In this document: positions 31,193 through 39,956 of the stretch, in pieces
How the letters are laid out: each line of letters starts with the position of its first letter
Numbering within the stretch: the first letter of the stretch is position 1
Position numbers and translations under genes: made by a program
Assembly (NCBI GenBank): GCA_047285305.1
Contig: JBJBDL010000003.1
Coordinates: forward strand, 1,216,001-1,280,000
Length of the DNA: 64,000 nucleotides
Source of the DNA: Synechococcus sp.
GTDB taxonomy: Bacteria; Cyanobacteriota; Cyanobacteriia; PCC-6307; Cyanobiaceae
Direction of reading: 5' to 3'
The notes under the pieces: generated by a model
What the model was told of the DNA's origin: nothing
What the model saw: only the letters and a program-made list of their open reading frames with translations
Database searches by the model: none

Positions 31193-32581
31193 CTACCAGA
31201 ACCTTGTGGCATCACCAAAAACATTATTCCCGAGAGAAGATGCGTTCCAGCTTGAGTCGGTAACGACTGCTTCTAAAGAACCAGAAGCAAAGATGCCCAG
31301 ACCATCGTCAATCTGACGGATCGAGAGTTCATCGGTTGCTACGCCAAGGATGGTGATTCGGTCTTCTTCTCCAAGGGAATTGATTGTGTCGGCGTTGGCA
31401 CCCTTGTGGAGCCTGCCCCATTCATAGTTGTGTGCGTGGTAGTCGGAGAGGATAAAAAGTTGATCGAAGTCGCCATCATCGTTGTTATTAAAGGTGTTTC
31501 TTCCGCCACCGCCATAAAGGATGTCTTCACCCTTGCCACCATCAAGAATGTCATGCCCATAGCCGCCTCTTAATTCATCATCTCCAAGGCCAGCATTCAT
31601 CACATCACGACCTCCACCACCACCGAGAAAATCATCACCATCTAGAGAGCTAAAATAATCGTGTGCCCAGGACTCTCCATTAGCGCCTTGAGAGCCAAGT
31701 AAGCGATCTGAGGCGTTGGTGCCGTAATAGGTATAGTCAACAGTGATCATTGTGGAAGGCGGGATCGGGCGAATGTCTTGATTGTTGTCGTCTCCAGCCA
31801 TGTGAATGCTGTGATTTTTCCCAAAGACATTCATAATATAATTCCGAGTTTTGTCTGCAGAGTAGGAGCTGTAAGAGGTGAATAATTGCTCAGGATTCAT
31901 GCGTCGATCATCAAATTGCAACCACTCAATATTCCTAAAAAAGTCAGCCGATCCATCTGGGCCAGACAGAAAGTAAAAGCTTCCTGTTTTCATATTTTGA
32001 CTGCTATTGTATGTATATTGGTAGCGAATATTGCTTTTATATTCAATAGAATATTCGGATGAGTTTCCACTTAGTAAAATCGTATCTTCGCCGGCCTGGC
32101 CATCCATCAAGTCATTGCCAGATCCGCCAACAATTAGATCATTACCTCCTTCTCCATAAATGATGTCATCGCCGTCATAGCCATAAAGCGTGTCGTTATA
32201 TCTGCCACCTTCTATCTGATCTTTTTCGCCCAATAGAACATTTTCGTAAAGATGCCTGCCAGCCGATGATCCGCTCGCGATCTGCTCATATTGCCCTACA
32301 TTTATTTTGAGCTTACGGCCTGTAATCCCTTGCCATATATTTACTCTATTGGCCCTGTTTGGATCACTAGCTGTGATGTCTTCAAGGCTTGAACTATGAA
32401 GTGTATCTTGACTACTAAAATCAAAATAACCATAGCCATATAGTTCAGTTCTTCGTCCATTTCCCTCTAGAATCCACCACAGAGGAGCATCTCCGGTGCT
32501 GTCGCTAAGCCGGTTGAAGTAAGTATCTCCCCAGCGATTGGAATGGCCTCTGGTCTCACTTGAGATAAATATGTATGTCAC
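31193..32581 (-). CDS. RTX/hemolysin-type calcium-binding protein
   Basis: Two blocks of GGxGxD nonapeptide repeats (e.g. GGSGNDLMD, GGGGRDVMN, GGYGHDILD, GGKGEDILY). Confidence 0.88.
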   Translation of the reverse strand: MTYIFISSETRGHSNRWGDTYFNRLSDSTGDAPLWWILEGNGRRTELYGYGYFDFSSQDTLHSSSLEDITASDPNRANRVNIWQGITGRKLKINVGQYEQIASGSSAGRHLYENVLLGEKDQIEGGRYNDTLYGYDGDDIIYGEGGNDLIVGGSGNDLMDGQAGEDTILLSGNSSEYSIEYKSNIRYQYTYNSSQNMKTGSFYFLSGPDGSADFFRNIEWLQFDDRRMNPEQLFTSYSSYSADKTRNYIMNVFGKNHSIHMAGDDNNQDIRPIPPSTMITVDYTYYGTNASDRLLGSQGANGESWAHDYFSSLDGDDFLGGGGGRDVMNAGLGDDELRGGYGHDILDGGKGEDILYGGGGRNTFNNNDDGDFDQLFILSDYHAHNYEWGRLHKGANADTINSLGEEDRITILGVATDELSIRQIDDGLGIFASGSLEAVVTDSSWNASSLGNNVFGDATRFW

Positions 32582-32679
32582 TGTCGATCAGCCACATCTG
32601 GTTGTGACTTTACTTGTTTCAAGTCGAGGCTGTCTCGCAAGTTCAGCAGATAAGCGTTGAGATCTTCTGCGGCCAATTC

Positions 32680-32859
32680 TTAAAGCAGACCTTGGGCTTT
32701 GAACATGGATACGACAGCCTCAAGCTGTTCGTCATCCCAGTGTGGCGACAACTGGTGGATGCACCGTTCCACCTGACGCTTGGTGATGCCTTTGGGTCGG
32801 GACAGCCGTGGTGACAGAACAGGGCCGTCATCACAGATGTCGTCCAGAATGTTGGCCAT
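32680..32859 (-). CDS. Small hypothetical protein, 59 aa (below ORF-track cutoff)
   Basis: MANILDDICDDGPVLSPRLSRPKGITKRQVERCIHQLSPHWDDEQLEAVVSMFKAQGLL; N-terminus conserved at 43566 (-). Confidence 0.55.
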   Translation of the reverse strand: MANILDDICDDGPVLSPRLSRPKGITKRQVERCIHQLSPHWDDEQLEAVVSMFKAQGLL

Positions 32860-32873
32860 CTTTCAGATGCGGC

Positions 32874-33107
32874 GTGCGGAGGGTATTGCTGGCGTTGTTG
32901 GTGGTGACAGCACTCCCAGTGCAGGCTGCAGAACCCATTCGGCTGCAGGTGATTCCTTATCAAGAATGGCCTCAGGCAATACCGGTACTGCCGTATTTGT
33001 ATGCGCCACCTCCGTCGCTTGTAGAACCAGTCAAGCCGAAGAAACGCAGGCGCAATAGCGGTAGGCACGAGGTCTGGGAGGACGATTTTGATTGGCTGAT
33101 GGACTAG
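32874..33107 (+). CDS. Small exported Pro-rich protein, copy 1
   Basis: Signal peptide + AEPIRLQVIPYQ...KPKKRRRNSGRHEVWEDDFDWLMD; paralog at 43581-43814. Confidence 0.7.
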   Translation: MRRVLLALLVVTALPVQAAEPIRLQVIPYQEWPQAIPVLPYLYAPPPSLVEPVKPKKRRRNSGRHEVWEDDFDWLMD

Positions 33108-33177
33108 CCATCACGCATCACCAGCTTTGTCGAGTTCGTTCTGCAGCCAAAGGCGCTGACGACTACTAGGACGATTG

Positions 33178-33200
33178 TGCTCTAAAAACTGCTCTAAAAA
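33178..33200 (+). repeat. TGCTCTAAAAA x2, putative integrase arm-type sites (right end of element 1)
   Basis: Same motif and orientation as 27600-27629, about 50 nt before the att copy. Confidence 0.7.
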
Positions 33201-33247
33201 TTTAATGCTTTTGCTTTAGTCCTGTCGTGGCAATAGGTTTGAAGCAA

Positions 33248-33300
33248 AGAGCACCTGTATGGCATGCAGGGGGTCAGGAGTTCGAGTCTCCTTGGCTCCA
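33248..33300 (+). repeat. attR-like copy of tRNA-Ala 3' 53 nt
   Basis: AGAGCACCTGTATGGCATGCAGGGGGTCAGGAGTTCGAGTCTCCTTGGCTCCA, one mismatch to 27451-27503. Confidence 0.95.
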
Positions 33301-33385
33301 TCTTCAAGAAAAGCCAGTCAAGTACTGGCATTTGAGCGGTCCACGCGGGCCGCTTTTTTGATGCCAAAACGCTGAACATCACTTT

Positions 33386-33408
33386 TGATGCGCAAAGTGA
33401 TGCGCAAA
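33386..33408 (+). repeat. TGATGCGCAAA x2 (12-bp period), putative arm-type sites of region 2
   Basis: Exact 11-mer direct repeat 86 nt after att, geometry similar to element 1. Confidence 0.6.
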
Positions 33409-33504
33409 ATCTTGGAGTGAGGGCGCTGAGCGGTGCTAGTGCCAAAAACGCGCTTTGTATCCCTACGAACGACGCAGGGGTTGACGCTCCCCCTATAAAA
33501 GATC

Positions 33505-33520
33505 TGTAGCAACCACTACA
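33505..33520. promoter_or_regulatory. NtcA binding site downstream of TATAAA -10 element (33494-33499)
   Basis: TGTA-GCAACCAC-TACA = GTA-N8-TAC. Confidence 0.8.
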
Positions 33521-33522
33521 CA

Positions 33523-33579
33523 ACGTTCACCCCTTTCGAAGGGGCGCAGACACTCCAAGCCACGGAACGGGGACTTGGA
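33523..33579 (+). ncRNA. Glutamine riboswitch class II (Downstream-peptide motif), copy 1
   Basis: CGTTCA-CCCCTTTCGAAGGGG-CGCAG...TCCAAG-CCACGGAACGGGGA-CTTGGA: CGTTC/GAACG stem, hairpin and TCCAAG/CTTGGA pseudoknot; upstream of a YRG peptide. Confidence 0.85.
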
Positions 33580-33598
33580 ATTTTCTGAGGAACTAACC

Positions 33599-33766
33599 AT
33601 GACTGCTCTTCTCTACAGAGGTCACTCCTACGAAGCTCCAGCAGCATCGCCCAAAGCTTGTATTGAGCTGACCTACCGCCGCGAGACTTACAACACCTGC
33701 CGCGAAGAAGTCGCACGCAATGCTCATCCAACCCTGACCTATCGCGGCATTGCCTACGCCAAGTGA
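33599..33766 (+). CDS. DUF4278-type YRG-repeat peptide, 55 aa
   Basis: MTALLYRGHSY...LTYRRETY...LTYRGIAYAK; GAGGA RBS. Confidence 0.85.
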   Translation: MTALLYRGHSYEAPAASPKACIELTYRRETYNTCREEVARNAHPTLTYRGIAYAK

Positions 33767-33790
33767 TCCAGGCTTAATCAGAAGATCCCA

Positions 33791-33820
33791 AGCCCCTGCC
33801 TTCGGTGGGGGATTCTTTTT
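33791..33820 (+). terminator. Rho-independent terminator
   Basis: CCCCTGCC-TTC-GGTGGGGG then ATTCTTTTT. Confidence 0.8.
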
Positions 33821-34166
33821 GCCTACGAGCCAGCACTGACATGCCAAAAGGAGATGGGCTGGGCTCCTGAGGCGGGATAGTGATGCTTAGCAAGTCGAAT
33901 ATCTATAAGGTCCTGCTGACCAATCGACCCAAAACGCCTTTCAGTCGCCAGAGTCAGCTGGTTAATCAACACGAGCCCCTTTTATAGAGCTGCGGGGGCT
34001 CATTTTTTATTAAGCGAAGCCGCTGCCCTTGTAGAGGTGGCCTCGCCGCTCTCAGAAGTGCAAATCAACTGCAAGCAATACAGTTCCAACTCTTCTTAAC
34101 TTGTAGCAATTGCATCAACGAATACAAAGCAATTAGAGTATCCAAGCTTTTGGATGACGTGAAATC

Positions 34167-34454
34167 ATGAAGCGCCTTTTTTTTCTTGTGATAGCTCTTT
34201 TAACTACAGTTCCTGCAATTGCTGAAACCCGAAAATATGGACCTTTGATACTTGATTTTGGTCGTGCTCGGAAAATGGGGCAATCAATTGTAGTTCCAGG
34301 GATAAACCCTCAGAAGCAGCCTCTTTATATCGCAGTTCTATGTGAAGTTCGTTTGTTTAATTTCACTGTCGCTGAATCAAAATGGAATGACTGGAATAAG
34401 CCTGCCAATATTCACGAGGCCAAAATAATAGCCGATGTCTGTAATTTTATTTGA
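34167..34454 (+). CDS. Small exported hypothetical protein (low GC)
   Basis: MKRLFFLVIALLTTVPAIA signal peptide; two Cys. Confidence 0.65.
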   Translation: MKRLFFLVIALLTTVPAIAETRKYGPLILDFGRARKMGQSIVVPGINPQKQPLYIAVLCEVRLFNFTVAESKWNDWNKPANIHEAKIIADVCNFI

Positions 34455-34611
34455 GACAAATCAATCCACCACTACTTCCCTATGAAGGTGAGAACTTGAA
34501 GAAGCGCAACTCTCGGCGCCGACGTGGCAGAAGGAGAATCGCTTTGCCCAACCCAGGCAGGAGCACCCCAACTCACGCCAACACCAATCAGTCACTGCCC
34601 TGTAGGTAGCC

Positions 34612-35094
34612 ATGAGCTGAACGAGAGTCACCGCTAGCGAAAAGAAACAACGCCATGAATGAGTGGTGCGGCAGAGAGACGTCGGAATGGGTCTCAGCGA
34701 ATTAACTGCCTTTACCGCCGAAACATGGGGGTGCTCCAGGAGGCAGGTCCGCGATGTTGTCGCCAAGGCCAGCACGGTCCGCATCAGCACCATCATGCTG
34801 GAGCGGTTTGAGTCACTGGGCCGCGGCGCTTCAGAGGATTGGCTTTTTCCAAGTAATAAAAGGAATGGGCCATTGACCCGGCAGGGGGTGGTCGCTCGCA
34901 TGGCCAGATGGGGAAAGGCTGCCGAGGTGTACCTCTACCCGCACCGTTGCCTTCACACCTATGCCACTCATGCAATTCGGCGGAGGGTGGATGCTTTCAC
35001 GCTCTCGGCGACGCTCGGCCACAGCTCGACGGGAACCACGTCTAATTGCGTTCTTGCTGAGCGTGGTGAGAGTTCATCTCTCCGGCTGGGTTGA
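34612..35094 (+). pseudogene. TerS-like HTH pseudogene fused to inactivated tyrosine recombinase C-terminus
   Basis: Two in-frame TGA in MS*TRVTASEKKQRHE*VV; ETWGCSRRQ; WLFPS, PHRCLHTYATHA, LGHS; Tyr nucleophile position reads Cys. Confidence 0.8.
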
Positions 35095-35266
35095 TGGATC
35101 TTTCTGATGAGGAGCTGACCAAGCAAATCGATACCAATATCGGATGGTTCGGTCTTGAAAGGCAATGAGCGTTAAGGCTGATTGCCTTGTGCGTGCCCGC
35201 TGACGAGAGTGAATCCATCGAGTTCGGAGGCGCCAATGGCGGCAGACACTCCACCTGAGCAATCCG

Positions 35267-35656
35267 TAGAAGTCGCCTGACTTTTAGGTCCCTGCTCCAA
35301 CAGTTTCCACCCAACCGTGGGCTACTCGTCTGTGACGACACTGCAGTACGTCAGAACAGTCGACTCTCCTCTGCACCGTTCGTAGGTGCCCCGTAGGAGA
35401 CCAGCCCAACACCTGGACGCAATGGCCCCAGGAACCTGAAAGCCCGACACTTCGCCCGCCTCCAGCAATGGCATACGGCATGGCCCCTGTTCTGTCATCA
35501 CAGGGGTGTCGGAAGCGAGCAATAGGAGAGGTCACCCCATTCCTGTCGTAGGTGGGCTGGCCTCTCAACCCCTGATCACTCACGGGTTTAAAGATGCACA
35601 AGCGAGCGAGCTAGGCCGTCTCTTCCACCTGGGAGGGGCGGCCTCCCTCTTTGTGC
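35267..35656 (+). ncRNA. Candidate large structured non-coding RNA
   Basis: Nine or more compatible helices; G-U wobbles only on the + strand; no credible ORF. Confidence 0.55.
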
Positions 35657-36508
35657 CTACACAGAATTGGACTTTTCCCGCCCCCCCAACACATCCCCCC
35701 TCACTTTTATTGGTAACAACAGCGCCAATCGTTAATAACTAGCTAAAAGAGTCACAATAGTGAGTTACCCATGAATACTTCTCAGATGCTGATCGCATTT
35801 CTTGCGTTCGGTGCTTCTGCCAGTTCCATCGTCGCTTGGCGTTTTGCAGCGTCAAAGCTTTGGAGAGATGAGCCATGATTCCTGTCTCCACCTTAGTGCT
35901 GATGGCGCTTCTCAAGCCATTGCGAGTTCTTTCCGCCGTGCAGCTTGTGAGTAATTTCGGAACACGTCTCCGCGTAAGTGCCAAGCAACGCAGGGCTAAA
36001 AGCGTGAGCCTTTGTCTAGGCGACGTATGGCGAAAAAAAGCTGGTTAATACTGAGATGTTTTCCACTGCTTGTCCTCCAACGCAAAAATCAAAGCGAGTC
36101 TTTCTAATGCCCAGGGTTACGAGAACCAGTACCTCTTCCGCACTTGCGGAGCCGAACTTGGTTGTAGTCAGATTCCATGGCGGCGTTTTGAGGTCAGCAA
36201 CAACGTCCCCTCAAACCTCACGAAGGGTTCAGGGACCGACTTGTCGGCTGTCATCTAGGGGAATTTCGCCGATCTGCTGATAGGCCTGTAGGGGACGCTG
36301 GAGATCCTTGTGGACCCCTATTCGGACTTCTCAAAAGGCACGACAGGTGAGCGTGCTTTGCAGGCGATCGACATTGCAGTTCGAGATGCCGACTTGTTTG
36401 TGGTGAGGAAGGACGCGATCGCGCAACTTTCCTGTCACGGGCTGATCACCTGAAATGTTGCAATCCGTGGGAATGGCTACGACATAGCTGTCCCCTTCCT
36501 CAAGTTCT

Positions 36509-36826
36509 GTGCAGCACTACTTAATCGTTTGGAGCTTCCCCACCGTTGAAGGGGCATGGGAGTCATGTCCAGGCTTTGCCGAGTACATCAATGCTGGAGC
36601 GCCTGGGGACAAGTTCGATGGATTTGAACTCAAGTACCGAGTATGTGAACCAGTGAGCGGCAGTGGTGTGGCGATTGCTGAGGCGAGTGATGTGGGGAAG
36701 GTCTGGGCTCATCTGGGCCCTTGGATTAAGGGTTATGGGATTGAATTTGAAGTGACCGCTGTTGTCTCTGATGCCCAGTTCGCAGCGATGTGGCCTGGCG
36801 TTGAAGCGGCCGCAGCAATCGAATAA
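36509..36826 (+). CDS. DUF3303-like protein
   Basis: YLIVWSF...RVCEPVSGSGVAIAEASD...HLGPW...EVTAVVSD; terminator-like hairpin at ~36856-36884. Confidence 0.7.
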   Translation: MQHYLIVWSFPTVEGAWESCPGFAEYINAGAPGDKFDGFELKYRVCEPVSGSGVAIAEASDVGKVWAHLGPWIKGYGIEFEVTAVVSDAQFAAMWPGVEAAAAIE

Positions 36827-37354
36827 GCATTAAAATAATTAAGGATTTTGATTTGGGGGCAGCATCAGGTTGGCCCTATTTTTTGCCAAAATCAGAAGGC
36901 TCTGTTAAGTGTCACCTGTTGAGGTTTGGCCCTTTTTTGTGCTCACCTGCGAGTCAGGACAACCTTTCTGCTCGTCCCGCTGCCGTTGCAGTGCTTGCAC
37001 TTGTGACTTGTGATCTTGGTGTTGAATAGTGGCAGCCACATTTGTAGTGCTTTCGGTTCAGTAGTTATGTCTTGTTTTTATTGACAACTCACTACCAGCT
37101 CTGGTCAATCAGCCATTTCAACAGATATAGACTTACTAATAACTATCAGTGTCAACAGTCCAGCTTATTGATGACCTTTGCGCAAAGGTGCCCAACCCTG
37201 CCGATGACTCATTGAGCAGTCCGAAGTCACGGCGCTATTGGCGCGAACAGGGTCCTTCTGGGCCAATTCAACGTTGGTAATCCGGAGGCGCGTTGATCCC
37301 CTAAACAGTGGTTGTCAAAACATTGGACACTTAGGGGCATTGGGAGACAGAGAC

Positions 37355-37560
37355 ATGCAACTTATGAGTGTGAGTATCGCTGCAAGGCGCCTTGGATATA
37401 AGAGCTGTTCGCGGCTATACAAGCTGATGAATGATGGCTGGCTGGACGCGCACGTGCATGTACAGATGCCGAGTGAGCAGCGTTTGCTTGATGTTGATGG
37501 ATTAAAGAAAACTCTGCAGTGATTTTGTCAGTGGCGTGTCGATAGTGTCTTTCTTGGGCG
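37355..37560 (+). pseudogene. Excisionase/HTH-like remnant
   Basis: MQLMSVSIAARRLGYKSCSRLYKLMNDGWL...LLDVDGL; plausible coding continues past TGA at 37520 (FCQWRVDSVFL). Confidence 0.5.
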
Positions 37561-37592
37561 ACAGAAGTCGATCCTGCGGCGGGAGATTTTGA

Positions 37593-37979
37593 CTATTGCT
37601 GCTCGTCTTCTAAGCGTTGACGGTGTAGCGGTAGAGCCCACCAGATAAAAGCTTCTTTGTTACGAATTGTTCCTTTGTTGGCACATTCAATATCGGCAGC
37701 ATTCTTGTCTGACCAGGTAATAGTTTCTAGTCCCTCAAGCTTCGTGTATTTGCAGTAGCAGTGTGCTGTAGCTAGGTCCTCCATTAGTTCTGAGACTTCT
37801 CCCCACATGGTCATTTGAGTGTCCATGCAGGATTGGCGAAACTCTGAATACTTTGTAAGAGCCTCTGATTGATCAGTAGAAAGTTCAGGCCTTTTCTCTT
37901 TGTCATACCAACTCCCATCAAATGCAATGGCTGGATCTGCCAAGACCAGTGGGACCAAGAGCAGTAGTAGTCGTTTCAT
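37593..37979 (-). CDS. Exported Cys-containing hypothetical protein
   Basis: MKRLLLLLVPLVLADPAIA signal peptide; C...HCYC...EC. Confidence 0.65.
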   Translation of the reverse strand: MKRLLLLLVPLVLADPAIAFDGSWYDKEKRPELSTDQSEALTKYSEFRQSCMDTQMTMWGEVSELMEDLATAHCYCKYTKLEGLETITWSDKNAADIECANKGTIRNKEAFIWWALPLHRQRLEDEQQ

Positions 37980-38277
37980 GTCGTCATTTTGCCGCTGACT
38001 ATTGCTGTTTCATCATCTGCTCCTGACGCTTGCTGCGCGATGCCTTGTGATTGCCGCTCGCTCTCTAGTAGACCTTGCGACCCGACTTTGCTTCAGAGTT
38101 TATTGAGATTGATCTGTTGAGGCGGAAGCTTGTAGGAGCGGGCATAAGACCTTCTGACGATCCTCCTCAGCAGCAGGAAAGTCATGGCCATCAACAGCAG
38201 TAGAAGGGCTTCCACGGCAACAATGTGTCCCTATACCTCGTGATCCCTGATCAGGCAGATGGTGCTGTCAGCATCAC

Positions 38278-38466
38278 TCATGCGATTAGGGGCCTGCCGT
38301 GACGAACGATCGCAGTCACTTCGTTAGTGGTCGCGTCAACCACCATGTAAGTGCACATCAGCGCCTTCGACTTTGTGCGGGCACACAGGTAAGCCCTGAA
38401 TTCCGTTTGGAAGTAGAGCTCTTTGACCCAACGGTCGGGAGCTTCTTGCTTGACGACGTTGTACAC
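38278..38466 (-). CDS. Small hypothetical protein, paralog A
   Basis: PDRWVKELYFQTEFRAYLCARTKS shared with the adjacent ORF. Confidence 0.7.
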   Translation of the reverse strand: MYNVVKQEAPDRWVKELYFQTEFRAYLCARTKSKALMCTYMVVDATTNEVTAIVRHGRPLIA

Positions 38467-38550
38467 GGCTATTGCCTGGAACCTTGCTCTAGCAATGCCT
38501 TTGATGTGTCAGTCCAAACCACGGAATTTCCGCTGTTTGGGAACCAGCAG

Positions 38551-38775
38551 TTATCCAACGAGTCGGTCGTCTTCAGCTAGGACTGCTTTCCCTTTTGAAA
38601 TCCTCAGCACCTCACCTGAGTTGCCGCGACTTTCGTAGATGACTCGATAGAGCCCGAAAGTATTCAGCGATTTGGCCCGAGCGTTGGTGAACGCCTTGAA
38701 CTCAGTCTCGAAGCACTGCTCCTGAAACCAAATGTCGGGACCATCGCTTCGTTCGACGCAGTACATCATCTTCAT
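38551..38775 (-). CDS. Small hypothetical protein, paralog B
   Basis: PDIWFQEQCFETEFKAFTNARAKS. Confidence 0.7.
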   Translation of the reverse strand: MKMMYCVERSDGPDIWFQEQCFETEFKAFTNARAKSLNTFGLYRVIYESRGNSGEVLRISKGKAVLAEDDRLVG

Positions 38776-39310
38776 CGCTTGTGCAGTCAGCTTGGTGAGG
38801 GCAGAGCTGTTTGCTTGTCATCTCCAAATGAGCTTTGGGATCATGTCTTCAGTTGGCGACCAGTGAGCAAATGACCCAGTCAGCCTCAGGTGCTTAGCTC
38901 GTCTCCATCTGTAGTGCTGGGGTGCAGAGAATAGTTGTGGCATGCCCACCCAAAGCGCTACGGCACACTTGGGGGACAAGGGCCAGAATCACCTCCAAGG
39001 AGATCGTCGGTTGTGATCAAGAAAGTGATTGAAGCAATTGTCTGCATGGCGATTGGAGCTGCCTTGTTTGCTGCCAACCCCCGTGTGGGGCAGCGCGGCG
39101 GTCTCTATCTGTACAGCTGTACAGCCGGATTGGGTTTGCAGTGGGCTGAAGCTAGCAACCAACCTGTTTTGCTTAGGAAGAAGCCCAAACTCTGCAAATG
39201 CTGATAGCTCCTTTTATGAGTAGACCGTTGAGAAGGCCGGCTTTTCAATGAAAAAGCCGAACTTGTTCAGTGCCAGCAGTTCTTCTCGCGGTTAGACGCG
39301 TCACCTAATC

Positions 39311-39394
39311 GAATCGCTAAAACGGTGATCCGCTGCAGCTCATAGAGCAGATCACCTGAGCCAAGTCGACCACCCTCTCGTGGGGAAGTGCCTC
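39311..39394. repeat. Hairpin+GAGCCAAG motif, copy A
   Basis: GAATCG-N7-GGTGATCCGCT...AGCAGATCACC-TGAGCCAAG. Confidence 0.7.
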
Positions 39395-39445
39395 TGTTGA
39401 AGTCATGGTCCTGATGGTTTTGCCTCTGCCGTGTCGGATAGGTGT

Positions 39446-39649
39446 TCAGTCAACCAGTTCAGTGTCTTTGCGGACAAACCAGTCGTTCTCATCCGCGAAT
39501 CTCTTATCGATTCGGCGCCGAGTCTCAACAACGTGTCGGCGTTGTGCCCACAATTCGCCAACGAACTTTGCGAGTCGTTCCCGGTGATCCCCAGGCTGCA
39601 TTGGTACCGAGGGATCCTGTTCCGTTATTTCTGGATATCCAGAGGTCAT
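39446..39649 (-). CDS. Small hypothetical protein
   Basis: 67 aa, protein-like charged helical composition. Confidence 0.45.
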   Translation of the reverse strand: MTSGYPEITEQDPSVPMQPGDHRERLAKFVGELWAQRRHVVETRRRIDKRFADENDWFVRKDTELVD

Positions 39650-39708
39650 TTAGATCGAGATGGTTGAACTCAACCCTTAGCTAGATCTTTGGTTGGAGGC
39701 CATTTCCC

Positions 39709-39739
39709 AAAAAGAAACCCCGGAGGTGTCTCCGAGGTT
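39709..39739 (-). terminator. Rho-independent terminator (minus strand)
   Basis: AACCTCGGAG-ACAC-CTCCGGGGTT then TCTTTTT on minus. Confidence 0.75.
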
Positions 39740-39774
39740 GCTAATCCTTTCGGTTGATCCCCATCACCCGACCG

Positions 39775-39807
39775 GACTGGACTGGACTGGACTGGACTGG
39801 ACTGGAC
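39775..39807. repeat. Pentanucleotide tandem repeat (GACTG)6 + GAC
   Basis: Six perfect copies, preceded by a GACCG variant. Confidence 0.95.
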
Positions 39808-39956
39808 AAAACTAGCCTCGTTGGACTCAAAACTGCCAACAAATCCATATTCCGGACATAGTGCAGTGAAGTTCTGTACCGACTCTTAAGACACCAAGTG
39901 TGGGGCTAGGCAGTGGCTAAGAGCTGGGCCATATTGTCAGTTCCCCCATCACCTGG

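Larger units (their letters stand above)
27504..33300. mobile_element. Decayed tRNA-Ala-integrated element 1 (tycheposon/satellite-like)
   Basis: Bounded by the tRNA and a 53-bp copy of its 3' end; integrase-like ORF at left; identical arm repeats at both ends; low-GC cargo. Confidence 0.85.

Noticed and set aside
33248..33300. Additional tRNA-Ala genes at 33248 and 44730
   Set aside because: Both lack the 5' acceptor strand and most or all of the D-arm; they are att remnants
33439..33498. Short ORF MPKTRFVSLRTT at the position expected for element 2 integrase
   Set aside because: Too short to support; could be a relic start but no evidence beyond position
39770..39807. Possible CRISPR array
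   Set aside because: 5-nt units with no spacers and no cas genes; the three-copy hairpin motif is also kilobases apart, not an array
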